DNA of 32,000 nt from an uncultured Candidatus Saccharibacteria bacterium (GCA_964543385.1 CAZIYE010000001.1:90001-122000); one strand, 5' to 3'. Shown: positions 17,332 to 26,644, counted from the first letter of the stretch. A program made the numbers and translations. Notes: generated from the sequence alone by a model not told the origin.

Positions 17332-18660
17332 ATGAAATTGAAAATTGAAAAACTTGTTTATGAAGGCAAAGGACTTGGTCGAGAGGAATCAGGCAAGCCT
17401 ATTTTTGTTAAGAAATCCGTTCCAGACGATGAACTCGAGATAGAAATCGTCAAAAACAAGAGTTCATTTTCCGAAGGATTTATCAAGAAGATAATTAAGT
17501 CATCACCAATGAGGATTGATCCAAAATGTCCTCACTTTGAGCGATGCGGCGGATGTGACCACCAAAACATTGCCTACTGCAATCAGCTAAAATTCAAAGA
17601 AGAAATATTCAGAGAAACACTTTCCCGAGCTAAAATAGAAACAGAAATACTGCCGATTATCCCTAGCTCAAATTCAGAATTCTATTATCGTAATGTAATT
17701 AGATTCTTTTTTGTTAGAAAAGAAAGTGGGGAAATCTCTTTTGCTATGCACGATTATGTTGATTTCAACAAATTAGTTCCTGTTGATTCCTGCCTCCTAC
17801 AATCAGAAAAGTGCAATAAGATATTAAAATCACTTTCAAATTTATTAAATGAAAATTCAAAAGACGATTTAAGCTCTCTTTGGCAACTTCGCATTAGAGA
17901 AGGTAAAGATACCGGTGAATTTATGATTGAATTTATTACCCAAGATGATCATTTACCTCGCAAAAACGAATTAATTTCAATATTAAAAAGTGACTTTCCT
18001 GAAGTTAAATCCTGCTATCACACAACAGCAATCAACAAAAAAATAATTAATTCTAAGCGACGTCTGCTTTTTGGATCACCAATAATTTACGAGAAAATTG
18101 GTAAATTTACTTTCCAAATCTCACCTGAATCATTTTTCCAGACAAACTCTCTCGGAGTAAAAAATTTATATGACAAGATCAAAGAATTCACCAACATCCA
18201 GATGGGGGATAATGTGCTTGATTTATTTTGCGGTACGGGCACTATAGGTATTTACTTATCAACTCTTGCAAAAAAAGTAGTAGGCATAGAAATAGTTCAA
18301 AGTGCAATAAACGATGCACGGGCAAATGCCAAGATTAATAAAGTTTCAAACTGTGAATTTATCTGTGATGATGTAACGAAATGGCTACACAACAATATCG
18401 AGGAAATTAAAAAATATAAAAATGTAAAAATAGTCCTTGATCCCCCTCGGCAAGGATTAAATGAAGATACTATCAAAATAATCTCTGAGCTCTTAACTCT
18501 AGACTCTAGACTAATATATGTTTCCTGTAATCCTGCTACTTTTGCAAGAGATATCAAAATATTTGAAGAAAGCGGGTTTGCATTAAAAAAAGCGGAACCA
18601 CTAGATATGTTTCCGCAAACTCACCATATAGAATGCATAGGCCTAATCTCCAAGAAATAA
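17332..18660 (+). CDS. 23S rRNA / tRNA (uracil-5-)-methyltransferase, RlmD/TrmA/RumA family
   Basis: CPHFERCGGCDHQNIAYCNQLKFKEE, FFQTNSLGVKNLYDKI, VLDLFCGTGTIGIYLS, IVLDPPRQG and LIYVSCNPATFARDI. Confidence 0.92.
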   Translation: MKLKIEKLVYEGKGLGREESGKPIFVKKSVPDDELEIEIVKNKSSFSEGFIKKIIKSSPMRIDPKCPHFERCGGCDHQNIAYCNQLKFKEEIFRETLSRAKIETEILPIIPSSNSEFYYRNVIRFFFVRKESGEISFAMHDYVDFNKLVPVDSCLLQSEKCNKILKSLSNLLNENSKDDLSSLWQLRIREGKDTGEFMIEFITQDDHLPRKNELISILKSDFPEVKSCYHTTAINKKIINSKRRLLFGSPIIYEKIGKFTFQISPESFFQTNSLGVKNLYDKIKEFTNIQMGDNVLDLFCGTGTIGIYLSTLAKKVVGIEIVQSAINDARANAKINKVSNCEFICDDVTKWLHNNIEEIKKYKNVKIVLDPPRQGLNEDTIKIISELLTLDSRLIYVSCNPATFARDIKIFEESGFALKKAEPLDMFPQTHHIECIGLISKK

Positions 18661-18783
18661 GGATTGGGAGAGGGAGTGCGCGAAGCACTCAACCTCTCCC
18701 AGGCTCATACACCCTTCACCAAATTGGCGATAGGTGCCGGCAGGCCTTGCGAATCAGAAACCCCCGAAACTGACTCCCAAGGC
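18661..18783 (-). ncRNA. Candidate structured small RNA of unidentified family, minus strand
   Basis: GC-rich intergenic stretch with a minus-strand promoter directly upstream. Stems include GGCCTTG/CAAGGCT enclosing TCAG/CTGA (plus coordinates about 18740-18785) and a 14-bp hairpin (with AA bulge) at 18666-18700 at the 3' end. No convincing protein in any frame. Confidence 0.5.
18666..18700. terminator. Strong bulged hairpin between the methyltransferase gene and the ncRNA candidate
   Basis: Plus strand GGGAGAGG-GAGTGC-GCGAA-GCACTC-AA-CCTCTCCC. On minus it is followed by AATCCTTATTTCTT. Confidence 0.6.
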
Positions 18784-18789
18784 TATTGC

Positions 18790-18818
18790 ATATTACATAC
18801 AAAAGCCATTTTTGTCAA
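18790..18818 (-). promoter_or_regulatory. Minus-strand promoter for the candidate ncRNA
   Basis: Minus strand TTGACA (18818-18813), 17-nt spacer, TAATAT (18795-18790). Confidence 0.6.
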
Positions 18819-18900
18819 TAGAGACGTTATGTTTCAATACCTTGGAACCAAGGACTTATACTATTATTTACGAGATGAAAAATATTATCCACAACTTTTT

Positions 18901-18932
18901 GTTTGACTTTTGTTTGGTATTTGTTCGATAAT
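18901..18932 (+). promoter_or_regulatory. lexA promoter with candidate LexA-binding direct repeats
   Basis: -35 TTGACT (18903-18908), 18-nt spacer, -10 GATAAT (18927-18932). GTTT/GTTT/GTTC half-sites at 18901, 18912 and 18923, each separated by exactly 7 nt. Confidence 0.6.
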
Positions 18933-18965
18933 ATAAACATAGATAAACCGAACAACAGGAGGATT

Positions 18966-19571
18966 ATGGACCCATTGACAAAAAAGCAAAGAGATATATT
19001 AGAGTTCATCCGTAACTTTATTGATGACAACGGCTACGCGCCGAGCTATAGAGAGATAGCCCATTATTTCGAATTATCTTCTACAGGCACTGTTGCAGAG
19101 TATATAAATATTCTGGAAGAAAAGGGATATCTGACCAGAGACGCTATGGAAGCAAGGGCCATACAATTAACTCCTGCCTTTGATGATGGGATTGAGCTTC
19201 ATTCCATCCAACTAATGGGGATTATTGATGCAGGACGTCCTATAGAGGCTATTAGGACCAACGAGACTATAGATATTCCCAGAGATATGATGGGACGTAA
19301 AACTTTTGCACTCCGAGTGAGGGGAGATTCAATGATTGAAGACGGCATCTTAGAAGGAGACTATGTTATCATAGAACAAACAGCATCACCCAAAAACGGT
19401 GACATTGTAGTTGCGCTTGTTGATAATGCAAATGCAACGCTGAAGCGTTTCTATGATGAAAAAACAAACATTCGTCTCCAGCCAGCCAATAAGACTATGA
19501 AGGCGATGTTGTTTAAGAAAGACCGTGTCACTATACAAGGCAAAGTTAAGGGTGTGATCAGAAAATTTTAA
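18966..19571 (+). CDS. lexA: LexA SOS repressor
   Basis: wHTH LTKKQRDILEFIRNFIDDNGYAPSYREIAHYF; Ala-Gly cleavage site GIIDAGRP; catalytic GDSM and ATLKRF. AGGAGG SD supports ATG 18966; the ORF-track TTG start at 18903 lies in the promoter. Confidence 0.94.
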   Translation: MDPLTKKQRDILEFIRNFIDDNGYAPSYREIAHYFELSSTGTVAEYINILEEKGYLTRDAMEARAIQLTPAFDDGIELHSIQLMGIIDAGRPIEAIRTNETIDIPRDMMGRKTFALRVRGDSMIEDGILEGDYVIIEQTASPKNGDIVVALVDNANATLKRFYDEKTNIRLQPANKTMKAMLFKKDRVTIQGKVKGVIRKF

Positions 19572-19609
19572 GTATTAGAGTCTTCTTTACAATATAGAAG
19601 GTGTAGTTC

Positions 19610-20224
19610 TTGGAGAAAAAGATTATAAGACATATACTCGATAAAAAATTTTTTGAGCGCGATCCCGTTGTAGTAGCAAGAGAGCTCCTGGGTAATATTT
19701 TAGTTCACAAAGTCGGGAATAAGAGAATTGCTGGCAAGATTGTCGAAACCGAAGCCTACAGTGATGCTAATGATCTCGCATCACATGCTAGTTTCGGCAA
19801 AACGAAACGAAATGAGATTATGTATGGCAATGCTGGAGTCTTATATATTTACCATATTTATGGAATATTTTTTCTATCAAACATAGTCTGTAATATTAAA
19901 GGCAAACCTGCTGCTATCTTACTAAGAGCTGCTGAAATAATTGAGGGATATGATTTGGCAATCGAGAATTTAAAACAATCTAAATTTGTAAAAGTAAACG
20001 AAAGGATTGCGAGCGGTCCAGGCAAATTATCGCTTGCCTTTGGATTAGATAAAACCCATAATCATTGTGATATAACCAGTTATTCAAACATTTTTATTGA
20101 GGAGAATAGAGAAAAATTTGATATCATTGAGACAAACAGAATCGGAATCGACTATGCGCAACATTGCAAGAAATACCCTTGGCGTTTTTATATACAAGAC
20201 AATAAATACATCAGTACAAAATAG
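19610..20224 (+). CDS. DNA-3-methyladenine glycosylase (AAG/MPG family)
   Basis: FFERDPVVVARELLGNILVHK, GKIVETEAYSDANDLASHASFGKTKRNEIMYGNAG, RIASGPGKLSLAFGL and WRFY. TTG start. Confidence 0.92.
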   Translation: MEKKIIRHILDKKFFERDPVVVARELLGNILVHKVGNKRIAGKIVETEAYSDANDLASHASFGKTKRNEIMYGNAGVLYIYHIYGIFFLSNIVCNIKGKPAAILLRAAEIIEGYDLAIENLKQSKFVKVNERIASGPGKLSLAFGLDKTHNHCDITSYSNIFIEENREKFDIIETNRIGIDYAQHCKKYPWRFYIQDNKYISTK

Positions 20225-20226
20225 AC

Positions 20227-21078
20227 ATGGACAAACTCTCTTATATTAAATCGGAAGATAGAGCCTACAATATTAATAGGTGCCTTTCTTTGATGAAGAC
20301 AGAAATAGTAAGAAGTCTAAAAGAAGCAAATAATGTTGTCATAAAACCAGATTGTTCTATATCGGACAACCAATTAGCATGCACTCATGTAGACGCCTTA
20401 GAGAGTCTTATCTCTTTTATTAGGCCTCATATTAAAGGTCAAATAATTCTCGCTGAAAGTAATAATAGAATTGATACTTTGGCTGCTTTTAAAAAATACG
20501 ATTACCTAAAATTACAAGATGTTTACGATCTAGCATTTGTCGATTTAAATGGAGACGACTTCAAAAACGTTGAGTTATTAGATAAGAATAAAAAAATTTG
20601 GCAAGCAAAAATAGCAAGGACTTTGGTTGAATCTGATTTTATCATCTCTATATGTCCACCGAAGATTAATCAATTAATAGGCTTTTCTGGCACAATTAAC
20701 AATGTTGTTTCGGCTAGTTTATTTAGTAACCAAGAGTCCAGAAGTTTTTTTAGTATTAAAAAATGTAATAGTCACAAACAGATTGCCTATTCAACAAGTG
20801 ATATTGCCAACGAGAATATATCTCGCCTATCTAAAGAATTTCAAATTGGATTATCTATTATTGATGGTTTTGAGACAGTAGAAGAAGGTAATATTCCAAA
20901 TGGCCAGATGATTCCCACTCACTTCGCGATTGTCGGCACAAATCCGCTAACTACAGATATTTTAAGCTGCAAATGTTTAGGGATAGATAACGATCAGATC
21001 AGATATTTAGATACATCAGCCCATTTCAACTGGAATAATTGTTATGTAGCAGGGGATGATTGGAAAAAAAACATATAA
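20227..21078 (+). CDS. DUF362-domain protein (no ferredoxin-like Cys motifs)
   Basis: VVIKPDCSI, FIISICPPKINQLIGFSGTINNVV, SIIDGFETVEEGNIPNG and IVGTNPLTTDILSCKCLGID match DUF362-type layout. Confidence 0.7.
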   Translation: MDKLSYIKSEDRAYNINRCLSLMKTEIVRSLKEANNVVIKPDCSISDNQLACTHVDALESLISFIRPHIKGQIILAESNNRIDTLAAFKKYDYLKLQDVYDLAFVDLNGDDFKNVELLDKNKKIWQAKIARTLVESDFIISICPPKINQLIGFSGTINNVVSASLFSNQESRSFFSIKKCNSHKQIAYSTSDIANENISRLSKEFQIGLSIIDGFETVEEGNIPNGQMIPTHFAIVGTNPLTTDILSCKCLGIDNDQIRYLDTSAHFNWNNCYVAGDDWKKNI

Positions 21079-21172
21079 TATAATGACACATCAAATATTA
21101 TTTTGCTCGACACAAATAAATGTTGTGATATAATATAATCAACTATTTTGACTTAATGTAAGAGGGGCAAAT

Positions 21173-21964
21173 ATGGGAATTTCCGACGATATTACTCCAA
21201 AGCGCAGTTACCGTCGCGTGCAATCTCACTCGTCATACACTCCAAAAGAAGATGACGTGGCCGAAGCCACTGATTTTGTGAAGATTAAACGGGAAGAAAA
21301 TCCGCCAAAGCTAGAAGCCTCTAAAATTTTTTCCGATGCTAGTGATGATTTTTTTGCAAATGATCGCCGCAAAGAAAAGATAGAAGACAATAATAAGGAC
21401 AAAGATAAGAAAACAGCAAAGAAAAATAATCATTTATCCAGCTGGATAATCGCTGTTTTTTTGGTATGTCTATCGGTTTTTTTAGCAATAAACAACTTTC
21501 AAAAAATTAAGCGCTTATTTAAGCTAGATAATATTATAAATACTACCTCTATCACAGAACAAACAACCGAGAAGCTAGATACTTATGTCAGCGAAATTAA
21601 ACCGCAAGACTATACAGACTCTACCTCCGTTGAGACGAATACTAGCGATACAGCAACCGATACAACAAAAACTGTTACTGCTTTCGATAAAACTTCTTTG
21701 AAAATTCAGGTGCTTAATGGTAACGGCGTAACAAATTCTGCCTCTTTAATTAAAAAAACCTTAGAGACAGCCGGTTTCAAAGTATATAGCACAGGCAACG
21801 CCAGCAATTTCGCCTATGTGAAAACTTTTGTTTATTATAAAACCGGAAAAGAAGAGGGCGCAAATTTGATCAAAGATACTCTAAAAGATAAAGTTGTTAC
21901 AGTAGAGAAATCCGATACAAAAGCAAAGACATATGACATTGTTGTCGTTGTCGGCAAACAATAA
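21173..21964 (+). CDS. Membrane protein with LytR_C (LytR cell envelope C-terminal) domain
   Basis: TM SSWIIAVFLVCLSVFLAI. C-terminal SLKIQVLNGNGVTNSASLIKKTLETAGFKVYSTGNASNFAYVKTFVYYKTGKEEGANLIKDTL. Confidence 0.82.
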   Translation: MGISDDITPKRSYRRVQSHSSYTPKEDDVAEATDFVKIKREENPPKLEASKIFSDASDDFFANDRRKEKIEDNNKDKDKKTAKKNNHLSSWIIAVFLVCLSVFLAINNFQKIKRLFKLDNIINTTSITEQTTEKLDTYVSEIKPQDYTDSTSVETNTSDTATDTTKTVTAFDKTSLKIQVLNGNGVTNSASLIKKTLETAGFKVYSTGNASNFAYVKTFVYYKTGKEEGANLIKDTLKDKVVTVEKSDTKAKTYDIVVVVGKQ

Positions 21965-22004
21965 TTGTTGAGATAATTTATAAAAATATTAACAATATTA
22001 CCCC

Positions 22005-22268
22005 ATGCCAAGTGTTCTTAATCAAATATTTATATTTTATGACAAGTTGATAGGAGCCTTTCCGGAGAAGGCTCAGGTTTTGATTTCATTACTTCTGATT
22101 ACACTTATTATTCTGGCATTTATTTCAATGATAAAACATGGACACTGGATTTTTGTTGTAATTTTTATTATCCTGTTTCCGGGGGGTTGGCCTGCAAGTT
22201 TAAGAATACTCGAAGCGATTTGGGCAGTAATAAAATTCTTATTAGTACGAATTCAAATAAATTTATAG
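22005..22268 (+). CDS. Small hydrophobic membrane protein
   Basis: 87 aa with two strongly hydrophobic stretches. No clear SD, so start is uncertain. Confidence 0.55.
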   Translation: MPSVLNQIFIFYDKLIGAFPEKAQVLISLLLITLIILAFISMIKHGHWIFVVIFIILFPGGWPASLRILEAIWAVIKFLLVRIQINL

Positions 22269-22280
22269 GAAGTTGTATTT

Positions 22281-23204
22281 ATGTATGATGTTGTAATTAT
22301 CGGTGCTGGACCAGCAGGATTAACCGCCGGCCTATATACCTCAAGGCGTGGAATGAAAACACTAATCATCTCCAAAGATATTGGCGGACAGATAACCAGA
22401 ACAAATGAAATTGAGAATTACCCCGGATTTGATCATATAACCGGTGCTCAACTCGGAATGAACTTATTTGGCCAAGTTAAGAAATTTGGCGGAAAAATTG
22501 TTTTTGACGAAGCAAAAAGAATAGAAAAGAATGGCACTGAATTTTTTGTTAATACCATAAAAGATAGGTTCGAAACCAAGTCCATAATTCTTGCATTCGG
22601 TAAAAAACCTAGAGAATTAGAAGTTCCTGGAGAAGAAGAGCTGAAAGGCAGGGGAGTATCTTATTGTGCAACATGCGATGCACCTTTCTTTAAAGACAAG
22701 ACTGTCACTATAGTTGGGGGTGGTAATTCTGCGTTAGATGCTGCCTTGATTACAAGTCCTATTGCAAAAAAGGTATTTCTTGTTCACCGAGGCAGTCAAT
22801 TCAGAGGAGAAGATATCCTAGTCAAAAAGGCAGAAGAAGCAAAGAATATTGAAATAATTTTAAATAATGAAATAGCCGAAATAATTGGCAAAGATAAGGT
22901 TGAAGAAGTTGCCCTAAAAGATGGAAGACGTCTACAAACAGACGGCATAATTATTGAGGTTGGGTTTTACATTGATCGTTCTTTAGTAACAGATTTATTG
23001 AAGTTAGATAAAACTAATCAAATAGAAATTAGCACAAACCAAGAAACATCAGTTCCTGGAATATTTGCTGCTGGTGATTTAACTACAACTCCATACAAAC
23101 AGATAGTCATTGCTGCTGCCGAAGGCGCTAAGGCTGCCTTGACAGCTTTTGACTACGTCCAGAAATTGTCAGGCAAAAAGGGTATAGTCGCTGACTGGCA
23201 TTAA
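22281..23204 (+). CDS. trxB: Thioredoxin-disulfide reductase
   Basis: [23 protein letters not shown], redox motif [20 protein letters not shown] and [28 protein letters not shown]. Confidence 0.95.
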   Translation: MYDVVIIGAGPAGLTAGLYTSRRGMKTLIISKDIGGQITRTNEIENYPGFDHITGAQLGMNLFGQVKKFGGKIVFDEAKRIEKNGTEFFVNTIKDRFETKSIILAFGKKPRELEVPGEEELKGRGVSYCATCDAPFFKDKTVTIVGGGNSALDAALITSPIAKKVFLVHRGSQFRGEDILVKKAEEAKNIEIILNNEIAEIIGKDKVEEVALKDGRRLQTDGIIIEVGFYIDRSLVTDLLKLDKTNQIEISTNQETSVPGIFAAGDLTTTPYKQIVIAAAEGAKAALTAFDYVQKLSGKKGIVADWH

Positions 23205-23222
23205 AATAAACAAAGGATTGGA

Positions 23223-24416
23223 ATGACAGATAAAAAAACAGAAACAAAAATTGTTGGTTCGGATAGTGAAAATGAAGAATCTTCAGAAGAACAAACCGAC
23301 AAAAATAGCAATGACAAAATAAAGGAAAATAAAGTTGGTTTCTTTCAAAACCCGAAGAAACGATTAATCCTTATAATTTCTATTGGCTTATTTCTAATAA
23401 TCTCTTTTGGTATCGGATTATATTTTCTGTTATCTGAAGATCCTGTAGTAAAAACAAATATTGAGATAACAAAGAAAAAGCAAGAAGCCCCAAAAGCAGA
23501 ACTTTTTGAATCCCCCATAAATGGCATCCTCACTGAAAAGACTATTGCCGAGAAACATCCATTGGCTGTGGTAATAGAGAATCACCCAGACGCCAGACCT
23601 CAATCAGGGCTTGCCCAGTCTGATATTGTCTATGAGGCAATAGCCGAGGGGGGCATCACTAGATTTTTATCAATTTTTGGAACGAATGAAGCAGAGAAAG
23701 CGGGGCCAGTAAGATCAGCTAGAACATTTTTTGTTGACTGGGCCCATGGATATAATGCGTATTTGGCTCATGTCGGCGGAAATATGGATGCGCTAGATAA
23801 AATAAAAGCAGAAAAAACGCTTGATCTTGACCAATTTGCATATCCTTCATCATATCGGAGAGAATACGCCGCTGGTCTAGCAACAGAGCACACAATGTAT
23901 ACTAGTACAATAAAGCTGAGAGAGCAGGCTAGTAAAAACGGCTATTCAACCGCTAACAATTTTAACCTATGGAAATTCAAGGATGACCCTAAAGATGAGG
24001 AAAAAAACCTACTAGCTGAAAATCAAAAAATTAATGTCGACTTTTCTTCCCCTCAATACTTAGTATCATTTGCATATGATAAAGCCACAAATTCATACAA
24101 AAGGTCTCTGGCTGGAAAACCCCATAATGATAAACTGACTAAAGCCCAGATTAATCCAAAAAACATAATTGTCATGACCGTAAAAAGAAAGCCCGTTGTA
24201 ACCAGAATTAACGAGGCTGGTTATTTAATGACAACTATTGGATCAGGCAAAGCTCAGATATTTCTTGATGGAAAGTCAATTTTAGGTACATGGAAAAAAC
24301 AAAGTGAGGCCGACAGAGAATCCTTTTATGATGAAAAAGGGCAAGAAATAGTATTTAATAGAGGACAATTCTGGATTTGTGTAATACCGCCAGAATCAAC
24401 CGTGACCGTAGAATAA
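23223..24416 (+). CDS. DUF3048 (YerB-like) lipoprotein/membrane protein
   Basis: TM LILIISIGLFLIISFGIGLYFLL; AVVIENHPDARPQSGLAQSDIVYEAIAEGGITRFLSIF and AGPVRSARTFFVDWAHGYNAYLAHVGG. Confidence 0.85.
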   Translation: MTDKKTETKIVGSDSENEESSEEQTDKNSNDKIKENKVGFFQNPKKRLILIISIGLFLIISFGIGLYFLLSEDPVVKTNIEITKKKQEAPKAELFESPINGILTEKTIAEKHPLAVVIENHPDARPQSGLAQSDIVYEAIAEGGITRFLSIFGTNEAEKAGPVRSARTFFVDWAHGYNAYLAHVGGNMDALDKIKAEKTLDLDQFAYPSSYRREYAAGLATEHTMYTSTIKLREQASKNGYSTANNFNLWKFKDDPKDEEKNLLAENQKINVDFSSPQYLVSFAYDKATNSYKRSLAGKPHNDKLTKAQINPKNIIVMTVKRKPVVTRINEAGYLMTTIGSGKAQIFLDGKSILGTWKKQSEADRESFYDEKGQEIVFNRGQFWICVIPPESTVTVE

Positions 24417-24438
24417 TTTGTAAAATTTGGAGGGACAT

Positions 24439-25749
24439 ATGGCAGTAATTAAAAATTTGCAGGCGAGAGAAGTTTTGGACTCAAGAGGAAATCCAACAGT
24501 TTCCTGTGAAATGTGGATTGATGACGGGAGTCATTCTATTGGATATGTACCTTCGGGCGCTTCTGCCGGGCAAGCCGAAGCATTAGAGCTCAGAGATAAC
24601 GACCCAGCTAGATATAATGGAAAAGGCGTTTTAAAGGCTGTCAATAATGTAAACACAATTATAAAAAATGCCATTATCGGCATGGACATCAGTGATTTAA
24701 GAACTATTGATCGCAGGATGATTGAGCTAGATGGCACCACGAACAAGTCAACGCTTGGCGCTAATGCAATCCTTTCTGTTTCAATTGCGGCAGCAAAGAC
24801 TGGAGCCAAAAGCGCAAAAATTCCACTATACGAGTATCTGGCCAGAATTATTGGCAAAAGCACTGAAAAAGTAATAATGCCAATACCATTTTTAAACATT
24901 TTAAATGGCGGAAAACATGCTGTAGGCTCGACAGATCTTCAGGAATTTATGATTGTCCCTATCAAGTTTCCAACATTTGCAGAATCCCTAAGAGCAGGCA
25001 CCGAAGTATTCCACTCTCTGGGTAAAATACTAGAAGAGAGAAACTATCAGTCACTGGTTGGTGACGAAGGAGGATATGCGCCATCACTTTTCTCAAACGA
25101 ACAAGCTATGGAACTTTTGATGATGGCTATCTCTGAAGCAAACTATAGCCCCGGAGAAGATGTTTTTATAGCATTAGATCCTGCTGCTAGTCGTTTTTAT
25201 TCTGATGGTTTCTATGAACTCCACCGTGAAAATAAATCTCTGACAACAACACAGATGATTGATTTTTATGACAGATGGAGAGAAAAATACCCAATTATCT
25301 ACATAGAAGATCCTCTTGATAGATCTGATCTAGATGGCTGGCGCGACTTAACGCAACGCGTTGGCTCTGCCGTCGAGATAATTGGCGATGATATTTATTC
25401 AACGAATAATCAATTGCTGCAAAAGGGGATTGAGGGAAAAATATCAACTGGAATATTAATAAAGCCTAATCAGATCGGAACTTTGACTGAAACGCTTGAG
25501 ACAATTACTATGGCTGAAAAAGCAGGCTTCAAAGTTATCATTTCTCATCGATCAGGAGAAACCGAGGATTCTATAATAGCAGATTTATCTATAGCGTGTG
25601 GCTGTGGAACGATTAAAGCAGGTGCTCCGTGTCGCTCGGAGCGGACCTCAAAATACAATAGATTGATTGAAATTGAGGAAAAGAATCTAGGAAAATCAGT
25701 CTTCGCGCAATGGAACACCGAAGGTAATGCCGGAACTTCTCAGTTATAA
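24439..25749 (+). CDS. eno: Enolase (phosphopyruvate hydratase)
   Basis: AREVLDSRGNPTVSCE, VGDEGGYAP, IYIEDPLD, GILIKPNQIGTLTET and VISHRSGETEDSIIADLSIA. GGAGGG SD places ATG at 24439. Confidence 0.95.
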   Translation: MAVIKNLQAREVLDSRGNPTVSCEMWIDDGSHSIGYVPSGASAGQAEALELRDNDPARYNGKGVLKAVNNVNTIIKNAIIGMDISDLRTIDRRMIELDGTTNKSTLGANAILSVSIAAAKTGAKSAKIPLYEYLARIIGKSTEKVIMPIPFLNILNGGKHAVGSTDLQEFMIVPIKFPTFAESLRAGTEVFHSLGKILEERNYQSLVGDEGGYAPSLFSNEQAMELLMMAISEANYSPGEDVFIALDPAASRFYSDGFYELHRENKSLTTTQMIDFYDRWREKYPIIYIEDPLDRSDLDGWRDLTQRVGSAVEIIGDDIYSTNNQLLQKGIEGKISTGILIKPNQIGTLTETLETITMAEKAGFKVIISHRSGETEDSIIADLSIACGCGTIKAGAPCRSERTSKYNRLIEIEEKNLGKSVFAQWNTEGNAGTSQL

Positions 25750-25773
25750 CAATGATTTAATTTATAGTTATAA

Positions 25774-25801
25774 AAAATCCCTCTGCTTAGAGGGATTTTT
25801 T
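25774..25801. terminator. Bidirectional intrinsic terminator between convergent eno and the transglycosylase gene
   Basis: Perfect 12-bp stem AAAAATCCCTCT-GCTT-AGAGGGATTTTT. Confidence 0.9.
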
Positions 25802-25809
25802 ATAACTTA

Positions 25810-26580
25810 CTATTGTTGGAAACCGTAGCTCCCGGCAACACGTAAGATCTTATTATAGTAAGGATTCGATGGGTTATATCCCCACAAAGCCTTTTTCAAG
25901 TTCGGATAGCCACAAGCCACAAGGTAGTTGGCCGCAGAGAAGATTGCATCTTCAACATTACCAATATCTTTTATACCATCGCCGTTTCCGTCTACTCCAT
26001 GACGTCTAAATGTAGATGGCAGGAATTGCATCGGGCCAGTAGCACCAGAAGGATTCGCTAGATACGTTGAGCCAGAAGCACCAGACTCAACAGTATGGAT
26101 AGCCCTTAATATTTTTGGGTCTACTCCAAATCTAGCACTAGCACGGTTATAGATATCCTCAAAATTTGAAGGATCACTATAAACACGATACTCACGGGCA
26201 ACAGTTTCCCGACGTTTTTTCTCGATCTCAGCTAAGCGTAATTTTTCAGCTTCAGCCTTTAGTCTATCTTCCTTCTGAATCAAAGATTCACCAGGAATAA
26301 TTCTACTGTTATTCTTTGCAACAACCAAAATATTAGCGCTGGTTGTCGAAAGTTGAATTCTAGCAGGCGTCACACTCTCAGTAATCGCTGGAGTCTCAGC
26401 CCTAGTTGGCGTCGACATCATCGCGAAAACAAGAACTAAAATTAAGAGTGATAGTTTTTTGCCCTGATTTTGTTTTTTTCGACTTTGTTTTACCCTCCTG
26501 AGGAACTTGTTAATACTCTCTAAGATGAGAGACATTAAATATAAATTAGGAAGTTCAGCCTCAATTTCTGTTAGATCCAA
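25810..26580 (-). CDS. Lytic transglycosylase-like protein (SLT/MltB-like catalytic domain)
   Basis: FGVDPKILRAIHTVESGASGSTYLANPSGATGPMQFLPSTFRRHGVDGNGDGIKDIGNVEDAIFSAANYLVACG; N-terminal TM. Start is uncertain (TTG 26580 or an internal ATG near 26535). Confidence 0.88.
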   Translation of the reverse strand: MDLTEIEAELPNLYLMSLILESINKFLRRVKQSRKKQNQGKKLSLLILVLVFAMMSTPTRAETPAITESVTPARIQLSTTSANILVVAKNNSRIIPGESLIQKEDRLKAEAEKLRLAEIEKKRRETVAREYRVYSDPSNFEDIYNRASARFGVDPKILRAIHTVESGASGSTYLANPSGATGPMQFLPSTFRRHGVDGNGDGIKDIGNVEDAIFSAANYLVACGYPNLKKALWGYNPSNPYYNKILRVAGSYGFQQ

Positions 26581-26644
26581 TGGCTTTGTACCTAATACCT
26601 TTTTAATTAAAAAGACTTGGGCTTTTCCTCCAAGTCAATAGCTT

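Noticed and set aside
18664-18906. 80-aa plus-strand ORF in front of lexA
   Set aside because: No homology-like motifs or credible SD. It runs through strong hairpins and a minus-strand promoter, so it is better explained as a noncoding region.
18919-18955. GTTCG...CGAAC pair as a Firmicutes-type LexA box
   Set aside because: Orientation and 21-nt spacing do not match CGAAC-N4-GTTCG. The direct-repeat reading (11-bp period) fits better.
18903-18965. Extended LexA N-terminus (MTFVWYLFDNINIDKPNNRRI)
   Set aside because: It overlaps the lexA promoter and candidate operator. AGGAGG and ATG 18966 give the canonical LexA start.
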